32,000 nt of DNA from the NCBI GenBank assembly GCA_030604855.1, contig JAUVVC010000003.1:180001-212000 (forward strand), read 5' to 3'. Positions 1-8,327 of this stretch are shown in pieces; position 1 is the stretch's first letter, and the number at the start of each line of letters is the position of its first letter. This DNA comes from Erysipelotrichaceae bacterium. Its GTDB lineage: Bacteria > Bacillota_I > Bacilli_A > Erysipelotrichales > Erysipelotrichaceae. A program made the position numbers and the translations under genes. A model generated the notes under the pieces. The model had not been told where the DNA came from. It saw only the letters and a program-made list of their open reading frames with translations, and searched no databases.

Positions 1-113
1 ACGTGATTCAGGGCTACTATGTAAGCAAACCTTTAAGTGAAGATGATGCGATGTCCATCTTAATGAAAAACGTGTATATTGGAAGTGAGATCGAAGTCGA
101 TACATCGGGATAG
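1..113 (+). CDS. 3' end of an EAL-domain (c-di-GMP phosphodiesterase type) protein gene; the 5' part lies outside the window
   Basis: The frame opening at nt 3 reads VIQGYYVSKPLSEDDAMSILMKNVYIGSEIEVDTSG and stops at TAG 111-113. QGYxxSKP is the conserved C-terminal EAL-domain motif. It is absent from the ORF track because it has no start in the window. Confidence 0.6.
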   Translation, partial: VIQGYYVSKPLSEDDAMSILMKNVYIGSEIEVDTSG

Positions 114-121
114 GAGATGAC

Positions 122-478
122 ATGGAAGCGAACAGTCCTTTAATTGAATCACTCGATGAGATGATTCATCGAAGCAGTTTGGCACAAAAGAAATTTCTAC
201 CGGGTTCATCACATCACAGTCTGCTCAAGAATCGCATCTATGCCTTGAATGTGGCTAAGAAGCTCATTATCCGCGAGATAATCAATCAAGGAACACTTTA
301 CAAAGAGGAGCTGGAACAAGCCCAAGAGCCGCTGAAATCCCTCTTGAGTAAAAGTGAGAAGACAATTTTAAAATTGAAGCTTGGGACATGGCAACACAAT
401 GTCCTTGAGAAAAACATTGAAGCATTGCGTATTTCAGTCACATTATTGGATCGCGAGTTGAATCGCTATAAACATTGA
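122..478 (+). CDS. Hypothetical small helical protein (118 aa), co-transcribed with the EAL gene
   Basis: ORF track. AGGAG at 112-116 overlaps the upstream stop and sits 5 nt before ATG 122. The sequence looks all-helical and amphipathic. I recognise no family. A strong terminator follows. Confidence 0.6.
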   Translation: MEANSPLIESLDEMIHRSSLAQKKFLPGSSHHSLLKNRIYALNVAKKLIIREIINQGTLYKEELEQAQEPLKSLLSKSEKTILKLKLGTWQHNVLEKNIEALRISVTLLDRELNRYKH

Positions 479-484
479 CATAAT

Positions 485-515
485 AAAGGAAGGATCTGCT
501 CCTTCCTTTATATTT
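485..515 (+). terminator. Rho-independent terminator
   Basis: AAAGGAAGGA (485-494), 5-nt loop, TCCTTCCTTT (500-509): a perfect 10-bp stem followed by a T-rich tail. Confidence 0.75.
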
Positions 516-736
516 AGATCATTTAATTAAGGTTTAATCATCCTAAGAATACAGGATATGAAGTGGTCCAAGCATTGGATCTTTACTTTTTGTTAAAGTG
601 TAATCAGACATATATTTTACCAAATACGATTGAATGAAGACTGTCGTACTCAATTGGTTTCTTTCAAAAATATCTCATTTACACATTTAAAAAGAATTTG
701 CTTTAGTATGAGCTAGCTTTATGGGTGGCAGGTGAT

Positions 737-1351
737 TTAAAGCAATTTTGGTTTGTGTGTGATTCTTAAGTTTTTAAAGTATGCATCGGTACCGATTTCA
801 GACCAAAGCGCAATTGAACCCGTGCAGATGCCATTTTTTAAGTCGTTTACAATCAGCACAGGATACATGGAATCATTTAAATACAGTTCAGCTTTTATAT
901 CCTTGACAACGATCTTCATCTTTATCCATTCTTCCAATCCCATATCCGCATAACTCTCATATTTCTCAGGACTCGTAGATCGTAATGTATTGAACTTATG
1001 ATCAGGGTAGGCATAGTATTGTACAGAATGATTGCGTCTTATTTGATCCTCACATCGACCATTGCTTGGCCGGATATAGATGCTTTCGTAACGCGAATCC
1101 TCTTCATGGATGCGAAATGCGATACCGATGAATCCTCGTGCGTACTCTGGGGCATCGGGTAAAAGTTTACTGTAGACATCGACTTCAATGGTCCCATTTT
1201 TAAATTCAAAGTCTTTGAGTTTTGCGTATGTGGGCTCATCCACTTCAAGAATGGATGGATCTTTTACGACATTTAAAACAAGTTCATCCTCGATTGTTAA
1301 ATTTCGGATGCTTGCTTGATGTGCGATGAAATGGCTGACGGACATGCTCAT
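737..1351 (-). CDS. Concanavalin-A-like / DUF1080-like (3-keto-disaccharide hydrolase fold) protein, tentative
   Basis: ORF track 737-1435. I prefer ATG at 1351 (MSMSVSHF...), preceded by GAGGT 8 nt upstream; the longer TTG-initiated extension overlaps the upstream gene. The C-terminal pattern ...IALWSEIGTDAYFKNLRI resembles DUF1080/LamG-like jelly-roll proteins. Confidence 0.5.
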   Translation of the reverse strand: MSMSVSHFIAHQASIRNLTIEDELVLNVVKDPSILEVDEPTYAKLKDFEFKNGTIEVDVYSKLLPDAPEYARGFIGIAFRIHEEDSRYESIYIRPSNGRCEDQIRRNHSVQYYAYPDHKFNTLRSTSPEKYESYADMGLEEWIKMKIVVKDIKAELYLNDSMYPVLIVNDLKNGICTGSIALWSEIGTDAYFKNLRITHKPKLL

Positions 1352-1431
1352 GGTGGTATACCTCAAGATAATACTAAACGTATTCTCGGTGGTTTCATAG
1401 TAGGCACAAAAAAGAAACCACCCTAAGGTGG

Positions 1432-2010
1432 TCAATCATGATGTTCCTGGTAGATGGCTTCTTCCAAAGTGAAGCGTTTGTCTTCATAAGTCCACTTCAG
1501 AATCGTTCCATTCGGTAGACGTCTGGGCAAGACTTCATCCACATCGTGCCAATGGGATGCGAAAGTCATGGTTGCGCCAGCATGGGAGACCACAAAGACA
1601 TTTTGATGATCGTCTTTCTCCATGATTTCCGTTAATGCTTTGACCATGCGTTCTCTTACGTCTTTACGGGATTCTCCACCATAGGGGACGAAGAAGTCAT
1701 CGAAGCCGGGTCCGCGTTTGGGGTTGAGGTCTTCACTCTCACCTTCGAAGGTCCCAAAGTTCATTTCTTTCAGTGCTTTGAGGCGTGTATAAGGAATGCG
1801 ATGTTCCGTAGCGTGTTCCAACGTATCCGAGGCTCGTTCAGCACTGGAGCTGTATGCATGATCGATGTTTAAGTTTCGAACAAATTTCACGACTTTCTTT
1901 GCTTGTGCTATGCCATTTTCAGTAAGTGGTGAATCACAAGCGCCTTGAATCTTATGTCTTAGATTAAAGAGTGTTTCGCCGTGACGCATCATGTAGAGTG
2001 TTTTTTTCAT
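1432..2010 (-). CDS. Histidine phosphatase family protein (phosphoglycerate mutase-like)
   Basis: LYMMRHGETLFN carries the RHG catalytic motif, with a downstream VVSHAG motif. I prefer ATG 2010 (MKKTLYMMRHGE), with GGAAGGA 6 nt upstream, over the track start at 2058. Confidence 0.8.
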   Translation of the reverse strand: MKKTLYMMRHGETLFNLRHKIQGACDSPLTENGIAQAKKVVKFVRNLNIDHAYSSSAERASDTLEHATEHRIPYTRLKALKEMNFGTFEGESEDLNPKRGPGFDDFFVPYGGESRKDVRERMVKALTEIMEKDDHQNVFVVSHAGATMTFASHWHDVDEVLPRRLPNGTILKWTYEDKRFTLEEAIYQEHHD

Positions 2011-2080
2011 CGTATATCCTTCCAATCGTTCTGCTCTATGGTAGCGTGTTTCACTCAATATTTCTAGTTAAAAACTCATT

Positions 2081-2110
2081 AAATAAAAAATCGACTTATT
2101 GGGTCGATTT
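2081..2110 (-). terminator. Rho-independent terminator of the HD-GYP gene
   Basis: On the minus strand AAATCGAC, 7-nt loop, GTCGATTT, followed by TTTTATTT. The stem overlaps the stop codon at 2096-2098. Confidence 0.6.
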
Positions 2111-3955
2111 CAGGTAGATGTTCATGACTTCTTCACGACACTTTAGAAAGATATCCACCAGGGTGGGATCCAATTCCTTTCCTTTCATGGATTCCAATAA
2201 TTCAAAGGACGCATCCAAGTCAAAAGCATCCTTATACACTCGTTTACTGGTGATCGCATCAAAGACATCCGCAATCGTCACTATCCGCGCAACCAAGGGT
2301 ATCGCATGACCTTTTAGACCTTGAGGATAACCTGTCCCATTCCACCGTTCGTGATGGGAACGGGTGATCTCTTCAGAGACGCGATAGAGTTCAGGGTCAA
2401 AGGCTTTTAATCCATCACGGATACTTTTAAAGATATCCGCCCCAATACTGGGGTGGGTGCGCATGATGACCCATTCTTCATCGGTTAACTTACCTGGTTT
2501 CTTCAAGATCGCATCGGGGATGCCGACCTTACCGATATCGTGTACAGAGGCACTGCGCTCGATTTCCATGATCATGCGTTCTGTGATGGGATATTCTGGG
2601 AGCTGTTTGACATAGAGCTTGCGCGCAAGAAGTGTAGAATACTGAACCATGCGCAAGATGTGTTCACCGGTCTCATTGTCTTTCTTCTCAACCAATTCAG
2701 AGAAACCATTGGTGATTTTATTGAAAACGATGTTGGTGAAATAAGCACGGTTGATCAAGCCTTTGACTTCATAAACGATCTTTTCACCCAGGGTTTGGTG
2801 CTTAACGGTAAAATGATTTTTTGTGCGAGAACTGAGAAAGAGGAAGCCAAAAACGGTTTTTCCCATCGTCATGGGTAGAATCAGATTGGATTGAATGCCC
2901 TCACGATGCAAGAGCTTCAATGAAGCGCTGTTTGGTCGCTGTTTGAGCAGGGCTTCCAAATCATTTGTGATACGAGGCTCCTTGCTTTCAACGATTTCGA
3001 TCAGCGAAGTTTGGGACATCGGTAATTCAAAGCCAGGTCCAAGAATCAATGAAGCTTCATTGAGTACACCATACTCCGCAATGATTACGTTACGTGTGTA
3101 ATCGATGAATGCAAGTCCAATGCGATCGATGCCCATTCTTTCCTTTAACAAAGGAAACAGTTGATCCATGGCGTCTTCCACAAGATATTGGTTGATCAAA
3201 ACATCTCGGACATCTTCGATGAAACGATTTTCTTCAAAGAGATCATCGATGTAACCATGGATGTTCTTTTCTTCGATAAAGAAGGGCTTAGGCTGTTTAA
3301 GTGCTTGATGATAATGTTTATCTGCAATGTTGGTCAAACTGGTGACCATGTAAGGAATTTGGAAATAGACAAAGCGAATCAAGCCGAAAATCAAGAAGGC
3401 AAATACAACGATTAAGAATCCAAATGCGATATTGATCAAAAGACTCAAGTCCATGACAATGATTTCATTCATTTTTGCGTAACGAACTTTGATTGCCTCT
3501 ACCTGGTCTGTGATTTCAGTGTAGACTTGGCTGACTTCAGCCACATTCTCTTGTGTGATGTGTGTGACTAAGACATCAAGCTTATCTCTAAGTTCAGAGA
3601 GCATTGCTTGAAGCTCGGTGATGGCAATTTTGTGTCGCTGGATGCTCACACGATTCATCTCGCGCAGGCTATCATCAAAGAGCTCTGTCCGGCGTTCCAT
3701 CGTTTGAATGAGTTCATTTGCTTGATCTTGGATTGGTTCGATTGGACGTGTGGACTGCTTGTTTTTCACATCCAACCATTGGTTTAAAGAGACATCCATG
3801 CGGAGTTGTGTGAACTTCATCTCTTCCACATGATTTAGATTTTGCTCGGTGTATTTGCGAACATTGACCACTAAATCGAAGTTGATGTATATGGACACCA
3901 CAAAAATAAGTGAAGCAATGATGATGCTGATTATGGTTAGGGTTTTGATTTTCAT
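2096..3955 (-). CDS. Membrane sensor HD-GYP domain protein (TM, extracytoplasmic helical region, TM, GAF-like, HD-GYP); putative c-di-GMP phosphodiesterase
   Basis: Motifs HDIGKVGIPDAILKKPGKLTDEEW and HHERWNGTGYPQGLKG are the HD-GYP signature. There are two hydrophobic segments: the N-terminus and LSLLINIAFGFLIVVFAFLIFGLI. A GAF-like region lies between the second TM and the HD-GYP domain. Confidence 0.85.
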   Translation of the reverse strand: MKIKTLTIISIIIASLIFVVSIYINFDLVVNVRKYTEQNLNHVEEMKFTQLRMDVSLNQWLDVKNKQSTRPIEPIQDQANELIQTMERRTELFDDSLREMNRVSIQRHKIAITELQAMLSELRDKLDVLVTHITQENVAEVSQVYTEITDQVEAIKVRYAKMNEIIVMDLSLLINIAFGFLIVVFAFLIFGLIRFVYFQIPYMVTSLTNIADKHYHQALKQPKPFFIEEKNIHGYIDDLFEENRFIEDVRDVLINQYLVEDAMDQLFPLLKERMGIDRIGLAFIDYTRNVIIAEYGVLNEASLILGPGFELPMSQTSLIEIVESKEPRITNDLEALLKQRPNSASLKLLHREGIQSNLILPMTMGKTVFGFLFLSSRTKNHFTVKHQTLGEKIVYEVKGLINRAYFTNIVFNKITNGFSELVEKKDNETGEHILRMVQYSTLLARKLYVKQLPEYPITERMIMEIERSASVHDIGKVGIPDAILKKPGKLTDEEWVIMRTHPSIGADIFKSIRDGLKAFDPELYRVSEEITRSHHERWNGTGYPQGLKGHAIPLVARIVTIADVFDAITSKRVYKDAFDLDASFELLESMKGKELDPTLVDIFLKCREEVMNIYLKSTQ

Positions 3956-4076
3956 AAGGTACTTTTAGTAAGCATAGCATAGGAGTAAAAATTTTATGAC
4001 AATTTTGATAATATTTACTATTTATCGTTTAAGGAACGATGAAATGCAATCGTAAATGGAGTAAAATAGAGCTAAC

Positions 4077-5495
4077 ATGATTGATCTACTCATCATTGGA
4101 GCAGGAATTGTAGGATGTCAATTGGCTTATGATCTAAGCCATTTTAAGTTGTCGATTTGTGTGCTCGAGAAGAACGTGGAGATCATGAACGAGACCAGCA
4201 GTGCAAACAGTGCACTGATTCATGCGGGGTATGATCCTGAAGAGGATACCTTAAAAGCTGAGCTCAATCTCATTGGGGCGAAGCGTTACCCTGAGTTGTG
4301 CAAAGCCCTTAATACCGATTATCAAGCCGTCGGTAGTCTATTGGTGGCCATGCAAGAGAACGAGTTGAAGAGTTTAAATGAACTTTATGATCGAGCCGTC
4401 CGCCGAAAAGTGCCGGTCGAACGTTTGAATCATGATGAAGTGGTCATACGTGAACCAAACATCAATCCCAATGTGATTGAAGCTTTGTTTTTCCCGACAA
4501 CCGCCATCATCACACCTTGGCAGATGGGCTACGCTTTGATGAACCATGCGGTCGTCAATGGTGTGGAATTGCGCAGAAATGAAGCCTTTGTGTCTGTTGA
4601 AAAGCAAGGGGATACGTATCTGGTTAAAACAAACAAAGGCTTGATTCATGCACGGCATGTGATCAATGCGGCAGGATTACAGGCACATAAGATTGCTAAA
4701 ATACAGAATCCAATCAATGATTATCCGATCCAGTTTCGTAAAGGGGAATATCAGGTCAGTGATCTGGAAGATGAAGCTTATTTGAATCATGTCATCTATC
4801 CGTGTCCAAACGCCAAAGGAAAAGGTGTCTTGGCTTTGAAGACCGTTGAGGGGAACTTGATGTTTGGTCCAACCAGTACCATTATTGAAGATCCTTATGA
4901 TCATGGGACGACACAAGCGGGCTTGAATGAGATTGATGTGAAGACTGAGAAATTGATCAAACCGCTTCCGAAATCACATTTGATCCGTCAGTTTGCGGGT
5001 GTACGTCCAAGTCCGGTTACGAAGGATTTCATACTCAAAGAAGATGGGGCTTGGTTTGATTGTGTGGGCATCGATTCACCGGGACTTGCCAGTGCGCCGG
5101 GGATTTCAACGTATGTGATTGAGAACTTTGTTCAGAAGTGTTTGAAGTTGGAATCTAAAGAAATCATTCCGTTTCAATGGCCTCATCGTATTCATCCAAA
5201 CGATGAGCAAAGAAGAAACAAGAAGATTCAAGAGCAGCCGAAAATGGGTAAGATCATCTGTGTTTGTGAGACTGTCAGTGAACAAGAAATCATGGATGCC
5301 ATTCATTTGCCTGTGGGAGCACGAAGTGTCAAAGGCGTCAAACGTTTGACAAGACCAGGTTCAGGTCGTTGTCAGGGGGGCTTTTGTGAGACAGCCGTGG
5401 TCCAGATTTTGGCACGTGAGTTGAAGATCCATCCGAGTGAAGTGTCTTACGATAATGAGGCATTCTTGATGCGCTATGGAGATGAACATGAATAA
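4077..5495 (+). CDS. FAD-dependent oxidoreductase of the glycerol-3-phosphate dehydrogenase/oxidase (GlpA/GlpD-like) family with a C-terminal BFD-like [2Fe-2S] domain
   Basis: N-terminal IIGAGIVGC dinucleotide-binding motif. C-terminal CVCETVSEQEI...RPGSGRCQGGFC Cys pattern typical of BFD-like domains. Confidence 0.8.
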   Translation: MIDLLIIGAGIVGCQLAYDLSHFKLSICVLEKNVEIMNETSSANSALIHAGYDPEEDTLKAELNLIGAKRYPELCKALNTDYQAVGSLLVAMQENELKSLNELYDRAVRRKVPVERLNHDEVVIREPNINPNVIEALFFPTTAIITPWQMGYALMNHAVVNGVELRRNEAFVSVEKQGDTYLVKTNKGLIHARHVINAAGLQAHKIAKIQNPINDYPIQFRKGEYQVSDLEDEAYLNHVIYPCPNAKGKGVLALKTVEGNLMFGPTSTIIEDPYDHGTTQAGLNEIDVKTEKLIKPLPKSHLIRQFAGVRPSPVTKDFILKEDGAWFDCVGIDSPGLASAPGISTYVIENFVQKCLKLESKEIIPFQWPHRIHPNDEQRRNKKIQEQPKMGKIICVCETVSEQEIMDAIHLPVGARSVKGVKRLTRPGSGRCQGGFCETAVVQILARELKIHPSEVSYDNEAFLMRYGDEHE

Positions 5496-6729
5496 GCGGG
5501 ACTGTGTCATCATCGGTGGGGGTAGTGCAGGTTTGGCTGCGGCGATCGCACTGAAGAAACAAAACGTTGATGTCTTACTGATTGAGCGTGAAGACGAACT
5601 GGGGGGTATTTTGAATCAGTGCATTCACAACGGCTTTGGTTTGACACGTTTCAAGGAAGAGTTAACCGGGCCTTCTTATGCGGAACGCATGGTTCAAGCC
5701 TTTCATGAGTTGGGTGTGGATTATCGTTTGCATGCGACGGTCACACAGATTCATCCGGATAAGACGATTCATTATGTGGATGAACAGGGTGTACATGTCA
5801 TTGAAGCGAAGACGGTCTTGTTGGCGATGGGGGCACGTGAGCGTACCCGTGGCAACATTCAAATACCGGGTGATCGACCCGCAGGGGTCTTTACGGCAGG
5901 CGTCGCACAACGTTATTTGAATAAAGATGGTTTGTTGGTGGGTAAAAGAGTATTCATCTTGGGTAGTGGGGACATTGGTTTGATCATGGCGAGACGATTG
6001 ACCTTGGCGAAGGCAGAGGTCGTGGGTGTCGCAGAAATCATGCCGTATTCGAATGGTCTGACCCGTAATCTGATTCAGTGTTTAGAGGATTATTCGATTC
6101 CGCTTTATTTAAGCACGACCATTACGCAAATCAAAGGGCATCAACATGTTGAATCAATAGAACTGTCCCGTGTGGATGAGCATTTGAAACCGATACCTGA
6201 GACGGCTTTTTGGCTAAACGTGGATGCGGTTCTCCTGTCTGTTGGTTTGATTCCAGATAATCAGTTAAGTGGAATGGCGGGCATTGAACTCGACCCACGC
6301 AGTAAAGGACCAAAAATCAATGCAAACTATGAGACATCGGTTCCAGGCATCTTTGCCAGTGGCAATGTCTTGCACATCCATGATGTGGTGGATTATGTCA
6401 GTGAAGAAGGGGACCAAGCGGCTGCGGCCATTCTGAAGTATCTTAATGAACAAGATGATAAATTTGAAGAACTTATCTTAAGTACGGATGCGAACTTTAT
6501 TTACGCACTACCTCAGTATTTGAATCCCAATACACACAATAAACTTAAGTATCGGGTGCGTAGACCGATGCATGATGTAAGGGTATGTTTGGTATCTAAG
6601 GGATTGATTGTGCATACAATCAAAAAGGAACACTTATTGCCTGCAGAACTTGAGATGATGATCATCCCTCAAAAGGTATTGGCACAATGTGAGGGCGAAT
6701 GCCGTTTGGAGATCCACAATGAAACATGA
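5488..6729 (+). CDS. NAD(P)/FAD-dependent pyridine nucleotide-disulfide oxidoreductase-family protein
   Basis: VIIGGGSAGLAAA and a second FILGSGDIGL Rossmann motif. The track starts at 5476; ATG 5488 has GGAG (5478-5481) 6 nt upstream, and 5476 or 5482 remain possible. It overlaps the end of the upstream gene. Confidence 0.8.
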   Translation: MNKRDCVIIGGGSAGLAAAIALKKQNVDVLLIEREDELGGILNQCIHNGFGLTRFKEELTGPSYAERMVQAFHELGVDYRLHATVTQIHPDKTIHYVDEQGVHVIEAKTVLLAMGARERTRGNIQIPGDRPAGVFTAGVAQRYLNKDGLLVGKRVFILGSGDIGLIMARRLTLAKAEVVGVAEIMPYSNGLTRNLIQCLEDYSIPLYLSTTITQIKGHQHVESIELSRVDEHLKPIPETAFWLNVDAVLLSVGLIPDNQLSGMAGIELDPRSKGPKINANYETSVPGIFASGNVLHIHDVVDYVSEEGDQAAAAILKYLNEQDDKFEELILSTDANFIYALPQYLNPNTHNKLKYRVRRPMHDVRVCLVSKGLIVHTIKKEHLLPAELEMMIIPQKVLAQCEGECRLEIHNET

Positions 6730-7093
6730 ACTGACCTGCATCGTATGTCCGCGCGGCTGCCGCATTCAAGTGTGGGAAGAAGAAGGAGTTCATCGTTGTG
6801 AAGGCAATCAATGCATACGGGGTGAAGTGTATGCGATTCAAGAGGTTACAGAACCACGTCGCATGTTTACATCAACCGTCCAATTGAGGGGCTCGCGATT
6901 GAAGCGTTGTCCTGTCGTGAGCAGTTCTGCCATTAAGAAGACGGATTTATTTAAAGTGGTGGATCTTCTGGAACATGTGATCTTGGAAGCTCCAGTAGAA
7001 TTGAATCAAGTCGTACTTGCGAATGTGTTAGACAGTGGAATCGATATCATTGCTTCCAGAAGTATTAAAAAAGATGCCGAAGCATCTGAATGA
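6719..7093 (+). CDS. DUF1667 domain protein (Cys-rich)
   Basis: MKHELTCIVCPRGCRIQV...CEGNQCIRG Cys-rich N-terminus typical of DUF1667. ATG 6719 has GGAGA (6708-6712) 6 nt upstream and overlaps the upstream gene by 11 nt. The track start at 6689 is a GTG extension. Confidence 0.75.
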   Translation: MKHELTCIVCPRGCRIQVWEEEGVHRCEGNQCIRGEVYAIQEVTEPRRMFTSTVQLRGSRLKRCPVVSSSAIKKTDLFKVVDLLEHVILEAPVELNQVVLANVLDSGIDIIASRSIKKDAEASE

Positions 7094-7094
7094 T

Positions 7095-7628
7095 TTAACG
7101 TAATACAAAGAGCAGGCTCAACATCATCCCAGATAAATGAGGGTGTTTGAGCGCTTGTACACTTTGGTGTGTGACTTCGAATATTGTACAAAGTTTATCG
7201 GAAGCTTGGACGATCCAGGCTTCTTTTGATTTTGGTTTGGCATTGCCCAATGGCCACATGTGATTCACGATCACATCTTCCATGACAGCCGAGACAGAAG
7301 TGATCTTCTTTGCGTTCTCAAGGGCAACTTGCGGATGCATCTCGAGGTGCTCTTGTGCGGAACTGTTCACTTCACGCCAATCGTATAAAAAGAGATCGTG
7401 CAACAGTGCGCCACGAACCAGATCCTTGTGATTCACATCCATGTTCTTTGAGATCAAGTATGCATAATACGCCACATTCAATGAGTGTTGAAGACGGCTG
7501 GTATTGAGGTGTTGATCATAATTATCTAAATTCAAGACTTCAGGGGTTCGAAGCAGATCTTGAATCAGTTCTTTGAAGGGTGCAGCTTTTGCGTGGTGTA
7601 GGGATAAACCAGAATAGACAGCTTTCAT
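7095..7628 (-). CDS. HD-domain phosphohydrolase
   Basis: HSLNVAYYAYLI ... LLHDLFLYDW carries the H...HD metal-binding motif. AAGGAG lies just upstream of ATG 7628. Its stop is 1 nt from the stop of the convergent DUF1667 gene. Confidence 0.7.
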   Translation of the reverse strand: MKAVYSGLSLHHAKAAPFKELIQDLLRTPEVLNLDNYDQHLNTSRLQHSLNVAYYAYLISKNMDVNHKDLVRGALLHDLFLYDWREVNSSAQEHLEMHPQVALENAKKITSVSAVMEDVIVNHMWPLGNAKPKSKEAWIVQASDKLCTIFEVTHQSVQALKHPHLSGMMLSLLFVLR

Positions 7629-7710
7629 GAAACTCCTTGGTCATTCTTGCGACATAAAACGAGTGGATAATAACACAAATCAATATTGGATGCAAGAATA
7701 ATATAAAAAA

Positions 7711-7737
7711 TTAGCACTCAGGACTTGACAGTGCTAA
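7711..7737 (+). promoter_or_regulatory. CIRCE operator 1 (HrcA binding site), overlapping the -35
   Basis: TTAGCACTC-N9-CAGTGCTAA against the consensus TTAGCACTC-N9-GAGTGCTAA: one mismatch. Confidence 0.85.
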
Positions 7738-7752
7738 ATAATGTGGTATATT
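7725..7752 (+). promoter_or_regulatory. SigA-type promoter of hsp20
   Basis: TTGACA (7725-7730), 16-nt spacer, TATATT (7747-7752). Confidence 0.65.
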
Positions 7753-7762
7753 AATAGTGTAC

Positions 7763-7789
7763 TTAGCACTTGATGGTCTAGAGTGCTAA
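7763..7789 (+). promoter_or_regulatory. CIRCE operator 2 (HrcA binding site) in the 5' leader
   Basis: TTAGCACTT-N9-GAGTGCTAA, one mismatch to consensus. It lies between the -10 and the GAAGGAGGAA SD. Confidence 0.85.
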
Positions 7790-7802
7790 AGAAGGAGGAA
7801 AT

Positions 7803-8210
7803 ATGATGCGAAATACTTTAATGAGACGACCTACGACTTCACTTCTAGATGACTTCTTCAATGATGAATTCTTCTTGCCGAGCATCTCCAGCAATGCCCA
7901 CCTTGATGTCTATCAAGAAGAAGATAAATATGTTGTGGAAGTCGATCTACCTGGTTATAAGAAAGAGGAGATCCATATTTCTTATAACAATGATTTGTTG
8001 ACGATCAAAGCGGAACATAAGGAGGAAAGCGAAGAGAACAATAAGAAATACATTTATCGTTCCAGAACCTGCTCCAATTACACCCGTCAGATTCGCTTCA
8101 ACAACATCGATCATGCGAATATCGATGCGAAGTTCGAAGAAGGTGTCTTGAAAGTCAGTTTACCGATTCGTGGTGAACACGAAGAAATGAAGCGTATCGA
8201 AGTCAAGTAA
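7803..8210 (+). CDS. Hsp20/alpha-crystallin family small heat-shock protein
   Basis: Alpha-crystallin domain pattern: DVYQEEDKYVVEVDLPGYKKEEI...LTIKAEH...GVLKVSLPI. Strong SD upstream. Confidence 0.9.
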   Translation: MMRNTLMRRPTTSLLDDFFNDEFFLPSISSNAHLDVYQEEDKYVVEVDLPGYKKEEIHISYNNDLLTIKAEHKEESEENNKKYIYRSRTCSNYTRQIRFNNIDHANIDAKFEEGVLKVSLPIRGEHEEMKRIEVK

Positions 8211-8232
8211 GCGTAAGAAACGCTTACTTTTT
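8207..8232 (+). terminator. Rho-independent terminator
   Basis: GTAAGCG, 7-nt loop, CGCTTAC, followed by TTTTT. The stem starts within the stop codon. Confidence 0.65.
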
Positions 8233-8289
8233 AATTGCTTGACTTGTTAAACAGTGTCAATGGTGGTAAATTGTCATTAAGAAATATTT

Positions 8290-8305
8290 TGTGATGTATG
8301 TTACA
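8290..8305 (+). promoter_or_regulatory. Crp/Fnr-type box upstream of the regulator gene (possible autoregulation)
   Basis: TGTGA-TGTATG-TTACA, one mismatch to TGTGA-N6-TCACA. Its centre is about 30 nt upstream of ATG 8328. Confidence 0.4.
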
Positions 8306-8327
8306 TAAATAGATAAGGAGTTGAAGT

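Noticed and set aside
520-736. Intergenic region of about 250 bp after the first terminator, inspected for a riboswitch (e.g. c-di-GMP), an sRNA or small ORFs
   Set aside because: It has no conserved riboswitch core and no convincing promoter-terminator pair. The only ORFs are 12-22 codons without SDs. AGCTAGCT at 711-718 is a simple palindrome with no loop.
4036-4053. Hairpin ACGAT-N8-ATCGT in the leader of the GlpA-like gene, considered as a GlpP-type antiterminator target or attenuator
   Set aside because: The stem is only 5 bp, no T-run follows, and there is no alternative pairing. This is not enough for a regulatory call.
8238-8289. Attempt to assign -35/-10 hexamers to the Crp/Fnr regulator gene
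   Set aside because: Several weak combinations exist (TTGACT at 8239, TTGTCA at 8271), but none has a good -10 at 16-18 nt spacing, so no promoter is reported.
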